A stretch of DNA of 55,723 nt, counting the filler, from Platydemus manokwari (Eukaryota), in the NCBI GenBank assembly GCA_037951405.1. It is 5 parts of 5 records of this genome, joined end to end, with 100 filler letters (N's around TTAATTAATTAA, not from the genome) between each part and the next. Parts side by side here need not be neighbours in the genome. Positions count along the whole stretch, not along the records: positions 1 to 10,305 come from JBBMOY011146994.1; positions 10,406 to 26,158 come from JBBMOY011244763.1; 3 more parts are not named here. One strand, given 5' to 3'. This document shows positions 1 through 13,194 of the stretch, piece by piece; position 1 is the stretch's first letter; each line of letters begins with the position of its first letter. Made by a program: the position numbers and the translations under genes. The notes beneath the pieces were generated by a model, which was not told where the DNA came from, made no database searches, and saw only the letters and a list, made by a program, of their open reading frames with translations.

Positions 1-3000
1 TCATTTGATGTAAAAAATATCGTAGATTCCAAATCTTTTATCAAAATTGAAATTGGATGAATATTCGCAAAGATATTCGAGTTTGAAATAATTAATTAAA
101 AATGATTACTTATAATAATTTGTGATAATTACTTTTTAAAATATAAGTAGTATATATAAATAAATAAAAAGTGAAAAAAATTTTATTTTAAAATTTTATT
201 TTATTATATCAGTTTTATGTAGAATTTTTTAAATTTAATTTTATATTTCCTTTAAATACTTTTTATGTTTTTGTCTATTTACAATTCAATTTATAGTTTT
301 GTGATATAGGGTTGGATTTTAAGATCTATATAATTTTATTTTGACTTAATGTCTAATATTTTTTCTGACTAAAACCGTGTGTCCTACTTTACGGGTATAT
401 CGGACTCCACAATACTGTCATGTATAGCCACAGTTATGAAGATTTTCTATTGTAATTTTATTTAAATTTCCACTGAATTCTTAAATGTTAAATCATTACA
501 ATAACGTGTCCTGTTTCGGTCTTGTATACCTATCTTTTCTTTTAATACCTGCAAAACTACTTATTCTTTCTTCACTCTCTTTCATTACATCAACATCATT
601 AATAGTTGCTTGAACAAGAACAAAATCTATCGACAGCAATAATTGTAAAAATCAAAACCAAAAAGAATATTGTCAATTCAAACTTTAAATAAACAATGTA
701 GTTTAATGAAATTTTATTAAATCCCAGAATAATTGAAAACTTCTAATTTCAAACTATGAAAAAAAATTTATAATGAAGCAAGAATTTGCAGTGAAGCTTC
801 GCATTATTTTTACTCAGCCACTTATCCTCGAAAAATATCCAAAATCCATTCTGGACGTTTGCATGACACACTTATTTTTAAACAGGATTAGGTAGTTTGC
901 TTTTGTCTTAGAATACTTAGATAATTTTTATATAAGTTGTACTCTTCAAATATAATTTTAGAAATTCTCTTTATTCTGAGAATGACAATATTTTTGATTT
1001 GGCTTATTTTGAAAATGTCTGTTTTCAACTCAGCAATATACCATGAGCAATTGCAGGCTTTTCACCACAATAATTTATTTTGCTTGTGAGTAGTTGATTA
1101 TCTGTCATTGCGGAGCAGAGATATTTAAATTTAATGCTCGAAATCTAACATCCATAGATAATTTAAAAATAAATAAATCAGAACTATTTCAATATTATTT
1201 TTTGCTACAAATAATTTTATATCCAGAAAAATAATTATTATCATTGATCATTTTAAAGATCTTCATTGAGACGAATCTCTGTAATCTTTTCGGGTGCTTG
1301 CTCGTATGTGACTTGTTTCAAATTTAGTCACCATAAGAGCTACTGAATGGTATGGATGATTAAGATTGAAATATTTCTAACTCGGTTATTTGTAGGTTAT
1401 TAAAGATGTTTTTCCTAGTCTGTTCGATTTATTAAGTCAATTTATCCTAATAATTTAATGCCCACCGTTAAGATATATTGAAACAAAAATTATTATATTA
1501 AATACTGACAATAGAGTCTGGTACAAATCAAATCATAATTAATTCTCACAATAAATTAAATGTTGAAGCTCTATAAATTAAAAAAAACATTAAACGAATT
1601 TTTTTTCAGAATCGATTAACTTCTTCATCAAGTTTATTAAAGTTTTCGTAATCACGTGTAAAATAAAAAACTATGTTTCAGTTGTGATTTTATGATTCAT
1701 TCACAGCCTTCTTTGATCTTAATCGAATATCTGTATATATATGAAATTCATCTATTACTAAATCAAATGATTCCGTGATGGTTTTTTTCTAATACAATTG
1801 ATTGACAATCGAATCTTAAAAATGGAATTGAATATCGACATGTGTCAGGTTTTGATCGATCATATCGGGTGAATCCTCATAGAATACCAGTACAATTAAA
1901 ATATTGGTGGTAATGATAGATGTCTCCATGATAAATGAAAGGCTCATTAAAATTAATAATGAGAATTATTAATTTAATTCTAAAGAACAATAATTTTTTA
2001 TAATATTTATGATTTTGTAGGATAGTAACCAAATACGAAGGTTTGGATTTTGTTAATTTGTAATGGGTAATTGTGATAAATAATCAAGTAATAGAGTTAA
2101 ACATGGAATTATTAGAAAAACTTGTGTGAATTTTTAAAGAAAACCTCAACGAACAAAGCTGGACTTCTTTTAAAGATTTAGTTTGTAATTAGTTCAGATG
2201 TAATTTGTTGATTATCAAAAAATAATATTAAAATGTAAAAAAATTGTCTAAGCCTATCAAACATTTCCAGTAATTTCAGCCTCCAAAACTATTCATTTGC
2301 CTCTTTATAAAGTTTGTGTCTCTGAATTTTATTCGCTTCTTTTTTTTTACCGATTCCCTTTAAATACCTAATAATTTCAGTTGTATCAAAACCTTCTCGA
2401 TATCAATTTATTTTGATCTATTCTAATTAAATAATAATATTATAATAATCAATGGCAAAAAAAGTTGGTAAATAAATAATCAAGGAATGATGCAATGCAT
2501 TAAATAAAAAGTAATAATTTAAATGATCAATATAAAATAGTGTTGAGCAAAGATGATATCTCACAAAAGAAAAACAATTTTGTACTTTGGAACCCTTGTT
2601 TCGGCACTTTAAGCATACGTATATCTGCATAACTATACAAGCGTAGCAATCTACCAATCAGAGCGAACTTAAATGGAAGATTCTAATTCGAAAAATGGTC
2701 ATAACTACACAGTAACACATATGTAGGGGCTGACCAATCCCGATCACAGAAAATCAATAAATTCAATTTAAACTTGAGAAATAAAAGATCAAATCAAAAC
2801 GTGTTTCAAAAATTACACACAAATCTTAAATATAATTACTGGTGTAAACTGCCAGTCGGGAGTCGAGAAATATGATATTTTGTATTTGATTTATGGAGAA
2901 TTACATTACATTCTCTGCACAAATTGTTTTCGATAAAATTCCTTGTCTTAAATTAATATACAATGTTTTCAAAAAAAAATTAATCGATTTATTCCAAACA

Positions 3001-4462
3001 TGACTTTCAATGAAAGTAGTTGCTTGAATATATATTTAACTTCCTCTTCTATTGATCGCAGTTATCAACTTGCAAAATTTATGTGTGTAGTGAACAAATG
3101 TATTGATATTTACATTGTCCTTCTCGAAAATTGCGTGGGTGGTATCTTTCGATTTCTTAGTTTCCATGATAATTAAACCTTAATTCCTGCATTTATTTTT
3201 TTATTCTTGTACATTAATTAATATTCTATCATTGACAATTAATTGATTTTCTTACATTATTTTATTTCATCATCTTTAGTTGTCCAAACCAATTCTTTTA
3301 ATTTAAATACTAAAGTTGTCAAAAAAAGAATTAAATCAAGTCGAACCAAAATAATTTGAACTAGACGTTTTTCGAATTAAATTTAAAATCAAAATAAATC
3401 ATTTCAATCAAAACAAATAATTTGAATTAGAAGTTCTTGAATTACTCAAGTTGAATTAAAAGTTAACACTATCAAAGTGAGTTAAATCGAAAGTGAAATA
3501 ATAATGATTTGGCTGAACTTGGCTTGATTGGAAACTGGGTGGTGGTTTGGATACTGAATTTGGTTTAATATGACTTTCAAAGTTGAGAATCGGCTTTTAA
3601 TTTTGACAAGCAGTAATTGATGCAAAAATTGGCCGGAATTTATTTTTCACTTAGTAATTAGTAAATTGATAGCGGTTAATTTTACATCTGTGGAATTGAT
3701 TTTTGTTATTTTATTTGGGTTTATTTTGCACTTATGAGATGAATTTTTATTGTTATGTTTGAGCTGAGTTGAGTATCAGCAAAATTAGTAAAAAATCAGA
3801 TTTAACCATATATTATTCATCATGTTGCCTGTAATTCTTAGGCATAGATTTAATGATTTAGTTTAAACAAAGTCATTTTAGCAACGAAATAAATTACCAT
3901 AACCATATATTAAAAAATCGATACATTATTTTTCAGCTCAAAAATAAAATAGAATATAATAAGAGCCCATATCATAAATTTCACACTTAATCTTATTTAA
4001 TCATTCGCACTTTGTTAGCAATTAGTCGATTGAATTCATTCTATTATTTTAAATTATTAACGCATATTAAGGTGGTTGCTACATGCCTATCTCATTTCGA
4101 ATTATCCAGCGTCACAGTCTTAATTGTAAATTATTAATAGCAGCTACCTCTTTAAATTTGGAGATTCAGTAGAAGCATTTGTTTCGACGGTTTACATAAA
4201 TTATTTATTAAATAAAGCAGATTACACATTTTTAAAACAAATTAAAATCTTTTCCAACGTGCTTTAACTATCAATTTTAATCAGGCGTATAAATAAAAAT
4301 TTTCAAATTATTTAAAAATTACTTAATATTGAATTTTAAATAATTTAATAAAATTTCTAAGTATTTTTTTCATTGTAAAATTATTATTGAAATAATTATT
4401 AAGATTATTATTGAAATAAATATTAAAATAATTATTAAAATTGTTAATAAAATTATTACATT

Positions 4463-5545
4463 TGTTAATTGCATGGGATCTGTACGCGATTTCTTTCACA
4501 TTTCTTTAATCATCTTTCTGTGACAAAAATGCTTCCATTGTGTCAAAGCTAGCATCGTTGATAGAATAATTTCTTTCTTAAAATGAGTGAATATCAAAAT
4601 TGACTATACTGTCAAAGATTTTTTCATTTCTTGAAATGTCGCATCACACGCTTCATTCCACATGGGTTTATTGTTATTCTTCCCACGTAATTTTTCTAAA
4701 GGTCTGGATTTTTTCGAATAATCCTTCATGAATCTCTAATAGTAACCACAAATTCCTAAGAAGCTTCTTAAATTTTTTATGCATTTTGATCTTTTTAACC
4801 TTGCTTCAAACTTATTTGGGTCAGTTTTGATAACTTCTTCATTTATTATGTGACCGAAACAAATTATTTCCTTTCTTAATAGGCTACATTTTTCTAGATT
4901 TATCTTTAATCCAGCCTTTTCTATTCTTTGTATTACTTTTTCTAAGGTTTTACAGTGTTCTTCTAAAGTTTTGGAAAAATATTAGTATGTCGTCTGGGTA
5001 AACCATTGCACCTTTATTTATACATGTCAATGCCTTTATCATTAGTTCTTGAAAATTACCAGGTGCAGCTGCTATCTCAAATGGAATCATTGTGTAACAA
5101 TATTGATCATTGCTGTTGAAAATGCTGTTTTTTCTTGAGATTCTTCTTCTAACTCTACTTGGTAGTATGCATTGCCTAAGTCAATAGTTGTAAAGTACTT
5201 AGAACCATGTAATGTATCTAGAAACTCTTCTACATTTGGCATTGAAAACACCAATCTTTCTAGCATCAAATTTAAATGTTTGCAATCAAGGTATAATCTA
5301 ATATATTTTATTTCTGTCTTTCAAATACAAAACAAGCGGGAGATTCCAAAATGAGTAACACTTTCTTATGAAGTTATTTTGCAACAAATTCAGGATTACT
5401 TCATCTATATTTTCCTCAAATTTAACCAATTTTTTGCGTGGTTTGATATTTATTGGATTGCCATTCGTTAGAATTTTGTGTTTCACTAATTTTTGTACAG
5501 CCATAAAGAACTCAGCTAAGATTTTCAACATTTATTTAATTATTG
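4463..5545 (-). mobile_element. Ty3/Gypsy pol remnant (RT and start of RNase H)
   Basis: SKYFTTIDLGNAYYQVELEEESQEKTAFST, IPFEIAAAPGNFQELM, MVYPDDIL, AGLKINLEKC, LRSFLGICGYY; multiple frameshifts and stops. Confidence 0.92.
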
Positions 5546-7367
5546 GTCAATTATCCACAAAATGGTAATAAAGTTTTCATTCTTAGTAATGTTGTTGGGG
5601 ATTGGGCCTAGGAACGTTAAAAAAATTAACAATTAACAGTTTCATGTGAATAATACTTTTTATCTTTATGTTTTATCTTTTTTAATGAAAGAAAAAGTGT
5701 TTTTAAGTGTATAATAGTATTAATTATAGCTGTACAATTTTAGGATTAATTAATAGTGTAACTAAATTTGTATCAATTTTTATGGATTCGGCTCGATGAT
5801 TAATTTTGATAAATTGAAATGTATCGATGTATTTTAGGAAACATTCGTTAAATGTGAAGTCACTGTAATAATTCATTTTGGATACTTTTGACATGACGTC
5901 AAAATGTATCCATTTTTATAAATTCCAGATAGAGTGATTAATAGAATATGATAATTATTATATATTTTTAAAATATTGTTAATTTATAAAAAGAAATGAT
6001 TTGAAATGGCAATGAAATGGAATCAATTTTAAAATATAATAATAAGATTAGAAAAAATAATATTTTAGAAAAGAACTTAAAATATTATGGATAAATGAAA
6101 TTAATAATATTTGTGTTAATAAAAATTGTATAGTTAAGAGAAATAATAAATTAAAATTCGGGAAATCCATGGGGAATTAAAATATCATGTAGCGATTTTA
6201 ACCATTTAGGCATAACGAATAAAAACAGTATAAATGGTAGTTCGGAACACCAGAAGGGGCTTTCATTTTGAGAAACCACTAGTTTGTACTACAGTGCGTT
6301 TGAGAAGCAACTATTAAGCCAAATCTCTCGAAGATTGATAGAAGAATTTCTCGACGACAGAACATACTCCATATTGCCATTTCAAGTAGTGAGTTCGATT
6401 TTTGTATAAAAAACTGATAGTAGTACGTATATAGTACGTTTCATTTATTATATTATTATAGAGCTTTGCTCAAAACTATCTTTGGTAATCGGTTTTACTC
6501 CAAGAGAAGGACGTAATAATCGCTCTCATCTGGAATTGAAGGTTTTAGCAGTTATCCAACGTTTTATTCAGTGTATACAAGTATCGCAAACAGTAATTTT
6601 TGTTCATCGTGTAATAAATGTTTATTTAGAGGCATTGGTAATTTATAAAGTAATTTTGAGACTGATATGATTAAAATACACTCCTTTTGATCATTGTTGC
6701 CAATCATTTCTATCTTCATATAGATTTGATTGCGAGATGAATAAAGAACATAATATAAGGTTAAGGTCGACCCTGGGCTTGATTAGAAATCGCCAGAGAC
6801 TGATCAAGACAACAGTGATCCGTGAGCAAAATCATAATAACACTTATCTGAGACTGATTTAAACAAAAAATTCAAATAACAAGCCCAAAACCCAGTAATG
6901 TTACAGAACCAGATCAACTATAGCTCAACACCCCTCATTGTGTTCAGTGGGATCATCTTCTCAATCCATAATTTCAGCCTAACTATCCCAGTGTGTACAA
7001 AAATAATAAAATATATTAATGCGTAAAAATTATACTTTATAATGATGAATAAAAATATTATATTCTTGAAAATACTGGATGAAATAATAATAAATTTTAT
7101 AAATATGAATTATGAATGTGGGCTAAAATTAATTAATTATTACTCGGGAATGTTTGTAGTTGAAATCGAAATTTTAAAATGTGGGCGAAAAATAAATTAA
7201 AATTATTTATGTAGGCAGAATTGTAAAATAATTTTAAAATTCAATCGGAAAAAGGAAAATAATAAATTTCTGAGATAACAAGTGGTAACATTTTAGCAAC
7301 TAACTTAATAGAACAATAAATCCGTATTGTTAATTTTAACATTTGACCATTCAGAAATAGTCTAATC

Positions 7368-7981
7368 CACGGGTCTCCAAAGCACGGCCCGCCAAGCTTA
7401 CTATGAAACACACGAACATTATGACAAAATTAAGTGATACATATATTTATGATAATCACGGTATTTTTAATGATGTTTCATCGCGTTTTTAGATATGTTC
7501 CAGAGCGCCTAGAGTTACGAAAATTACACAGATTATTCCATTTTCCGTTATCTTTCTAACAAAAAAGAAACGGCATCGAAATACTACAATTAGTTTTCAA
7601 GATATATGATAAAATGTAATCACATTTTTTTAAATAAATTGAAGTTTACCAAATCTTGCTACAGGTCACGGTTGTCTGATGAATATTTATTAATGATTTC
7701 AACTACTCATTTTGAACCACAATTTGATAGAATTATGGCTGAAATGCTGAAATGCAACAGTTTCATACTTCTAAAATGTAATTAAACACATAATTTCTCT
7801 ATGACATTGAAAACATTTATTATCCGATGTAAGATGTTAAAACTTTTTGAAAATAACAGGATAATTAATAAAATATATTTTGGCTAATTTGATATTTTTG
7901 TAAACCTATCATAGTTTTGGCCCTCCAAATTTTAAAAAATCACCAATGTGGCCCTTTGCTGAAAATGTTTGGAGACCCCTG
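7368..7981 (+). mobile_element. Charlie-type hAT internal-deletion derivative
   Basis: TIRs CACGGGTCTCCAAA / TTTGGAGACCCCTG; 8-bp TSD gtctaatc / ttctaatc (7 of 8 match); internal LKFTKSCYRSRLSDEYLLMISTTHFEPQFD resembles the hAT C-terminal dimerisation region. Confidence 0.85.
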
Positions 7982-8119
7982 TTCTAATCGATCAAATTTG
8001 GTAAAGTAATGAATGATATCATTTCTTTGATCAATACAATCAGTAAAACGTGGTTAATTTTCATAAAAATTTATTGCTTCAAAAGTCACACGTGATTTTT
8101 CGAATATTTAAACAAATCG

Positions 8120-8790
8120 AATATTTGTCTAACTCCATAGAAATAAATTACTAATAACTGATGGGGGTGATATGATTGTTCGACTGTATCGATTACTGAC
8201 ATTTCTTCTTAAATGAGATTCAATAACCATTCTCTAAAAATTAGACAAATCCATCAGTGCTGTATTGATTTTGATAAGGCAAATCCTAAACGTCATTCCT
8301 ATCGCCAACACCTTCGGTGATGGTTTAAAGACACATATATCAAATCTTATTAATAATTTACTGGAATCCAATTCTCACAACAAATTGGCTCAGATTTTAT
8401 TTATCTCATCAGAAATGAATCATTTCGTTGCAATGTTTTACATTGGCAATTTATGTCGGAAATGGTAATTTTCTCTCTATATAGAACAATATCTCATTTC
8501 CTTGCCATCAGTCACGTCATAAAATATCGACAAACTAATCACGCTTTTTGAAGGAAATTTCGAAACGAATTTTTTGGATTATCATGACTCTTATGAATTC
8601 TTCAGTGTTTTCCAATCATCAATCTTGTTGACTTTTCCAACGAGTTTGTTTGTTGTCTTGAATTAGGCAAACAATGTAGGGCGATACTTAATCTGTCTAT
8701 TGTTCATTCCGCTCATTCTTAGATCGATTAATTTTCGAGTTCGACTCAACTATAACCCGATTTGTTTTCTCCATCGATTTTATTGGACCT
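8120..8790 (-). mobile_element. Possible very decayed Tc1/mariner-superfamily transposase
   Basis: Faint traces only (RPT..., KLVGKV, SPPSVISNLFLWS, resembling the WPPRSPDL..DFFLWG region); no TIRs identified. Confidence 0.25.
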
Positions 8791-10305
8791 TTGGATTTGA
8801 TATCTGAAAAACAGGCGTCAACACTGATATTGAATAGATTGGGGGAGATGAAATGAAATTTAAAACAGAAAACAATTACAGTAACCTCCTTTCAAAAAAC
8901 TTCAAATTATTTCAACTTTCAACATGTTATTAAAAATTTATCCCAGCTTCTTCTAGCTATCAATGAATGAATTATTGATTCAATGTTCATACATCAATAA
9001 GAATGAAACAATTGGGGTAGATGGGGGGGGGTTTCAATTGAATATAGAAAAGGGGAAAAGAGATTACAATCAGTTTATTTGATAGAAGATAATATCAATA
9101 GTGAATGACAGTTGAAAATCAATACTTTTACGATAAATTAAAACAAAATAAATAGATTGTTTGTAGAACATTTTCTGTCGAGAATTAATGATTCAAATGA
9201 TTATGATAAAATTAATATCTTTTAAAAGTACAGTTCGTACATATATATTTTCGATTAAAAGAAAGACTTGAGATTTGTATTTTTGGAGAATCCAATATTA
9301 CTGAAGAATCTACGTGTCACGTGTGAGAACTAATAGAATTTGGCAAAATTGATGAAGTATAGCATAAATCTACAGAGCTAGTAACAGCTACCAAGGAACA
9401 TTGAATTATTATCCTTATTTATTAGCTATATTTTCCATCTCATGTATTTCGAAATATTCTCAACTATTTATCAATCGTTACTTTTTCATCTATGAAACAT
9501 TTATTCTAAAAGCCGTTAATTAAGAGGTTCAAATCAAAAAATCGGAGAAAATCAATAATAATATATTCATTGAGATGACATTTACCGAAAATTCAAGTGT
9601 AATACATGATCACATACTTTATTTTTAGTGGATTTTAATAAATTTGGTTGTTAAATTCTATTTTCAATTCATTTCGATATGCCAAGGTCTGCTTTATGGG
9701 AAAACATTATTTTCAAGCATTTTACATGAAAAATGGTCGATTTGAATCTATACCATGTTTGTGACACAAATGAATATTATCTCCTATATCTCTGATATTG
9801 ATTTCTGATTCGCTATTTTTATAAAATATTTTGAAGAGATTGAAAAAGCTGAAATCATCAACAAACTGTTGATATCGCCACTATAAGAAGATTAAAAATA
9901 AAAATGATAAAAAATTTAATTCAAGTGAATCAATCACTTGTCTCTAAAAATAAACAATTGAGGCAGGCTTTTAAAATTGGTTTTCTTGAAATGACACGGT
10001 TAATATTGATCCTCTCTTTTCCCATTTGACAGTATTTATTTTGGGTCGTCACAACTTGTGGTCAATTCTGGCCTCTTTGTAAATCTTATCGAACTTAGCA
10101 TTTGACGAATTGATTTTTACTAATATTGGTTTAGTACAGTCTTATTTATATCATAAATCGGTTGATATATTTTAGGGTTAAAATGTTTAAATCAGACCGA
10201 ACCAGATAGCCAACCAAGTTTTATGTCAGTTGATACCAATTTTACAACATTAATATTACAACACAAAGCAGCACATATGAAGACCGAAACAAATTATTCA
10301 GAGCA

Positions 10306-10405
10306 NNNNNNNNNNNNNNNNNNNNNNNNNNNNNNNNNNNNNNNNNNNNTTAATTAATTAANNNNNNNNNNNNNNNNNNNNNNNNNNNNNNNNNNNNNNN
10401 NNNNN
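10306..10405. other. Artificial contig spacer / assembly gap
   Basis: 44 N + TTAATTAATTAA (stops in all six frames) + 44 N. Confidence 0.97.
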
Positions 10406-10477
10406 TAAGATCTTCAATTTAATATTTAAAAATGAAAAGCCAATTTAAAAAAGGCCATTATTTTTGCACCAACCTAA
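10406..10477. mobile_element. End of a mariner element, truncated by the spacer
   Basis: ggccattatttttgcaccaacctaa|ta is the reverse complement of TA|TTAGGTTGGTGCAAAAATAATGGCC, close to the cecropia-subfamily (Hsmar1/MADE1-type) TIR. Confidence 0.7.
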
Positions 10478-13104
10478 TAAATATGATTGGGTTTTTTTAG
10501 AATAGGACCGAAAATTATTTATGTTTGTGTTAGCACCGACAATCACAGTAAAATATGACTTGGGACGATACAAATACAGGAATGGAAATAAAAGAAATTA
10601 CAAGGATATTCAGCCACAGAACTGCCATTATGCTTAACTCAAAACATTTATTTCGATTACCAGCCGATTATTCTCAGTTAGTTACTGTCGTCTATTGATC
10701 TTTCTACTTATTTAGTCATTACTCGTATTCATTTACTCGTATTCTATTTCTTATTTCTTGTTTCTTTCATTGATTTAAACAAAATTAGGACCTGTTATCA
10801 TAAACGGCCGAGTGTCTTTATTTTCATTATCACCATTAATGAATCTAAATATGAACTAAGAAGTCCTAACATTTCCTCTGAAAGCACATTTGATATTCAA
10901 CTTTAACATTATATGAAATTTTTTTTGATAAAAACTCATTCGAAATTCATAAAAATACATGATTGATAAAATAAGCTATTTAATTCCATAAAAACACGAG
11001 CCCTTATCATCCACCCCTTTGATATGAAACCTATTCTTCATTTTCCTAATTTAAACAAAAATCATAGAATTCATGAATCACTGTTTATTTGTTTCGGTTA
11101 TTTTGTTGGAATTATTTGACTGATCGATTTCATTACTTGAACGATTTCTTTATTTTTTAACTTGGTTATCGTAGGTTCCTAGCAATTATATTATTTTAAA
11201 AAATTCTATAAAATTGGAAAAACTCGCTGTTCCTTGCTATGTCACATTTTTTCAGTCACTAACTTAGTTTTTTCTTAATAAACATACATCTTAATCGACA
11301 TATAACTCCGTAGAGCACCTAAATAATGTTGAGGTTAATGTAATGATAAATAAATTATCAATACGATGTTTGATCAATTTTCGAAACCCTTTATTCCTAC
11401 TCCAAGGCAAACAACCAATCAGCAAAGAGAAAAACAATGTATTTATCATTGCATAACAAATATTCAAGTTCCAACTCTGACATAAGAATTTCACATAACT
11501 TAACAAATCTTCAGAATCAAGTAAAATTTTAAACAAGCCTCATTTGAATATTGATCAATATAGAACCATTCTCACAGCGAAGAATCCCTCACTTTCTGAT
11601 CGACTTTCATCTTACTTGTTTGGTGATCAATATTTGTAAATTGAGATCAATTTATTGATTCAAACACTTCTGTCAACCTTTAGCCTTTAGAATTCTTTAT
11701 TTAATTTAAACTCCATTCCAGAGTAAATGACTCATAACCAAAATTAATATTCAAAGCATATAATGAATTGCTATTAAATTTAATGAGATATTTAAAATGA
11801 GATATGAAATAATTAAAAAATTTCTTAAATTATTTTACAAAATTATCACATTTTCTATCTGCGGAGATAATTGAAAATCATAAAAAAATCGATTGAGTAA
11901 ACGCGAGTGTAATGAGATAATGCCTCTGTTATTAAGATTCTCCGCCTTTCTTTGATGTTATTATTTTTATTATTAGTACAATGACTCGGCATAATTCAAA
12001 GAGATATTGATAATAATAAAATTTATATTCTTCGTTACGATATGCAAATTTTATTTTATGCATTGGATGATGTCGAAATAGTAGCAAATTGTTGGGATTT
12101 TGATTTGTTTCATTTTTTATGAAATATGGAGAATAAAAATTTTATAAATTTAAATTGTAGTAGATACCAAGAATTTGGTTAAAATAGATTTGAACTTTAA
12201 CAAAAACAACGGATTTATTAAGGTCAATTAGATAAACGAATCCGATTGATAAATAAATCAGATAAATAATTTCAAAACCAGACATTTGAAGATTAGAAAA
12301 TGACGTCTAAACATCAATTGACGAATAAAACTTATTCTAGATATTCCTCTACCAACTGACAGTATGGAATAAAAAATTAGAGATTGAATTAATTAGATTT
12401 TAATGTGTCAATATAATTTATTATGAAAATATAATTCTTAAACCTACTGAAATATTAAAGATAAATCAAAAATGAAGTATAGATACAAACATCAAATTCA
12501 TAAGGAGAGAATACAAATATCAAAGAACCTTTGAGTTTGAAGTTTCATTCATTATTAATTATGTAATTGTAGTCGATCAAATAACATTATCAAAAAGACA
12601 GAATTGCTATTCATTGGACAATAATAATTACTAAATTCTATATAAATATTAGTTAATATAATTAATTATAATAGCAACAAAATAAAAAATATTTTCTGCG
12701 AATTCTCAACTACGTGAAATCAATCAATGTAATAATAAAAAATAATCTCGTCGAGATAAAAACTAGTAATATATCTTATCAATTACGTCTCGTCTTAAAA
12801 TCGATATTTAGATTTATATTTCTACAAATATTAAATGTTCTCTCAATTTTGCAGGCAAAACATTGGAACAATCAATTCTCTATTACTAAAAATAAATCAA
12901 TTAACATATTCTCTCGTTATGAAAATAAATTCATTTTATTTTCATGTATTTTTCAAATTTATATTTAGAAATAGTAGGATGTTGTAGATTTAAAAAATAT
13001 GATAAAATCGATAATTTTGAAAATTCACAAATTATTTTAAAAAACAAGTCGAGTATTCAATTCTAAATAAAAGCAAGTCAGAAAACACGACATGGTCAAA
13101 TAGT

Positions 13105-13194
13105 TCAAAATATAATAGATCCTGTTTGCCCAGATTCAAGAAATGATTCCCCGTTGATTTCATAGCTCAAATGAAATTTCAGATCTACGGATTC
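13105..13194 (-). CDS. GGA: GGA terminal coding exon (ESVDLKFHLSYEINGESFLESGQTGSIIF*)
   Basis: Acceptor ttgtag, TGA stop; matches the GAE C-terminal strands (VRLRYKLTF...E.G). Confidence 0.85.
   Translation of the reverse strand, partial: ESVDLKFHLSYEINGESFLESGQTGSIIF

Noticed and set aside
340-1200. Faint integrase/RNase H-like traces on the minus strand
   Set aside because: Too decayed to name any motif with confidence.
5590-6990. LTR-like sequence beside the Gypsy RT remnant
   Set aside because: No paired LTR, TSD or PBS could be delimited by eye.
10350-10361. Palindromic TTAATTAATTAA recurring about every 10-16 kb
   Set aside because: Always centred in 44+44 Ns; an artificial six-frame-stop linker, not biology.
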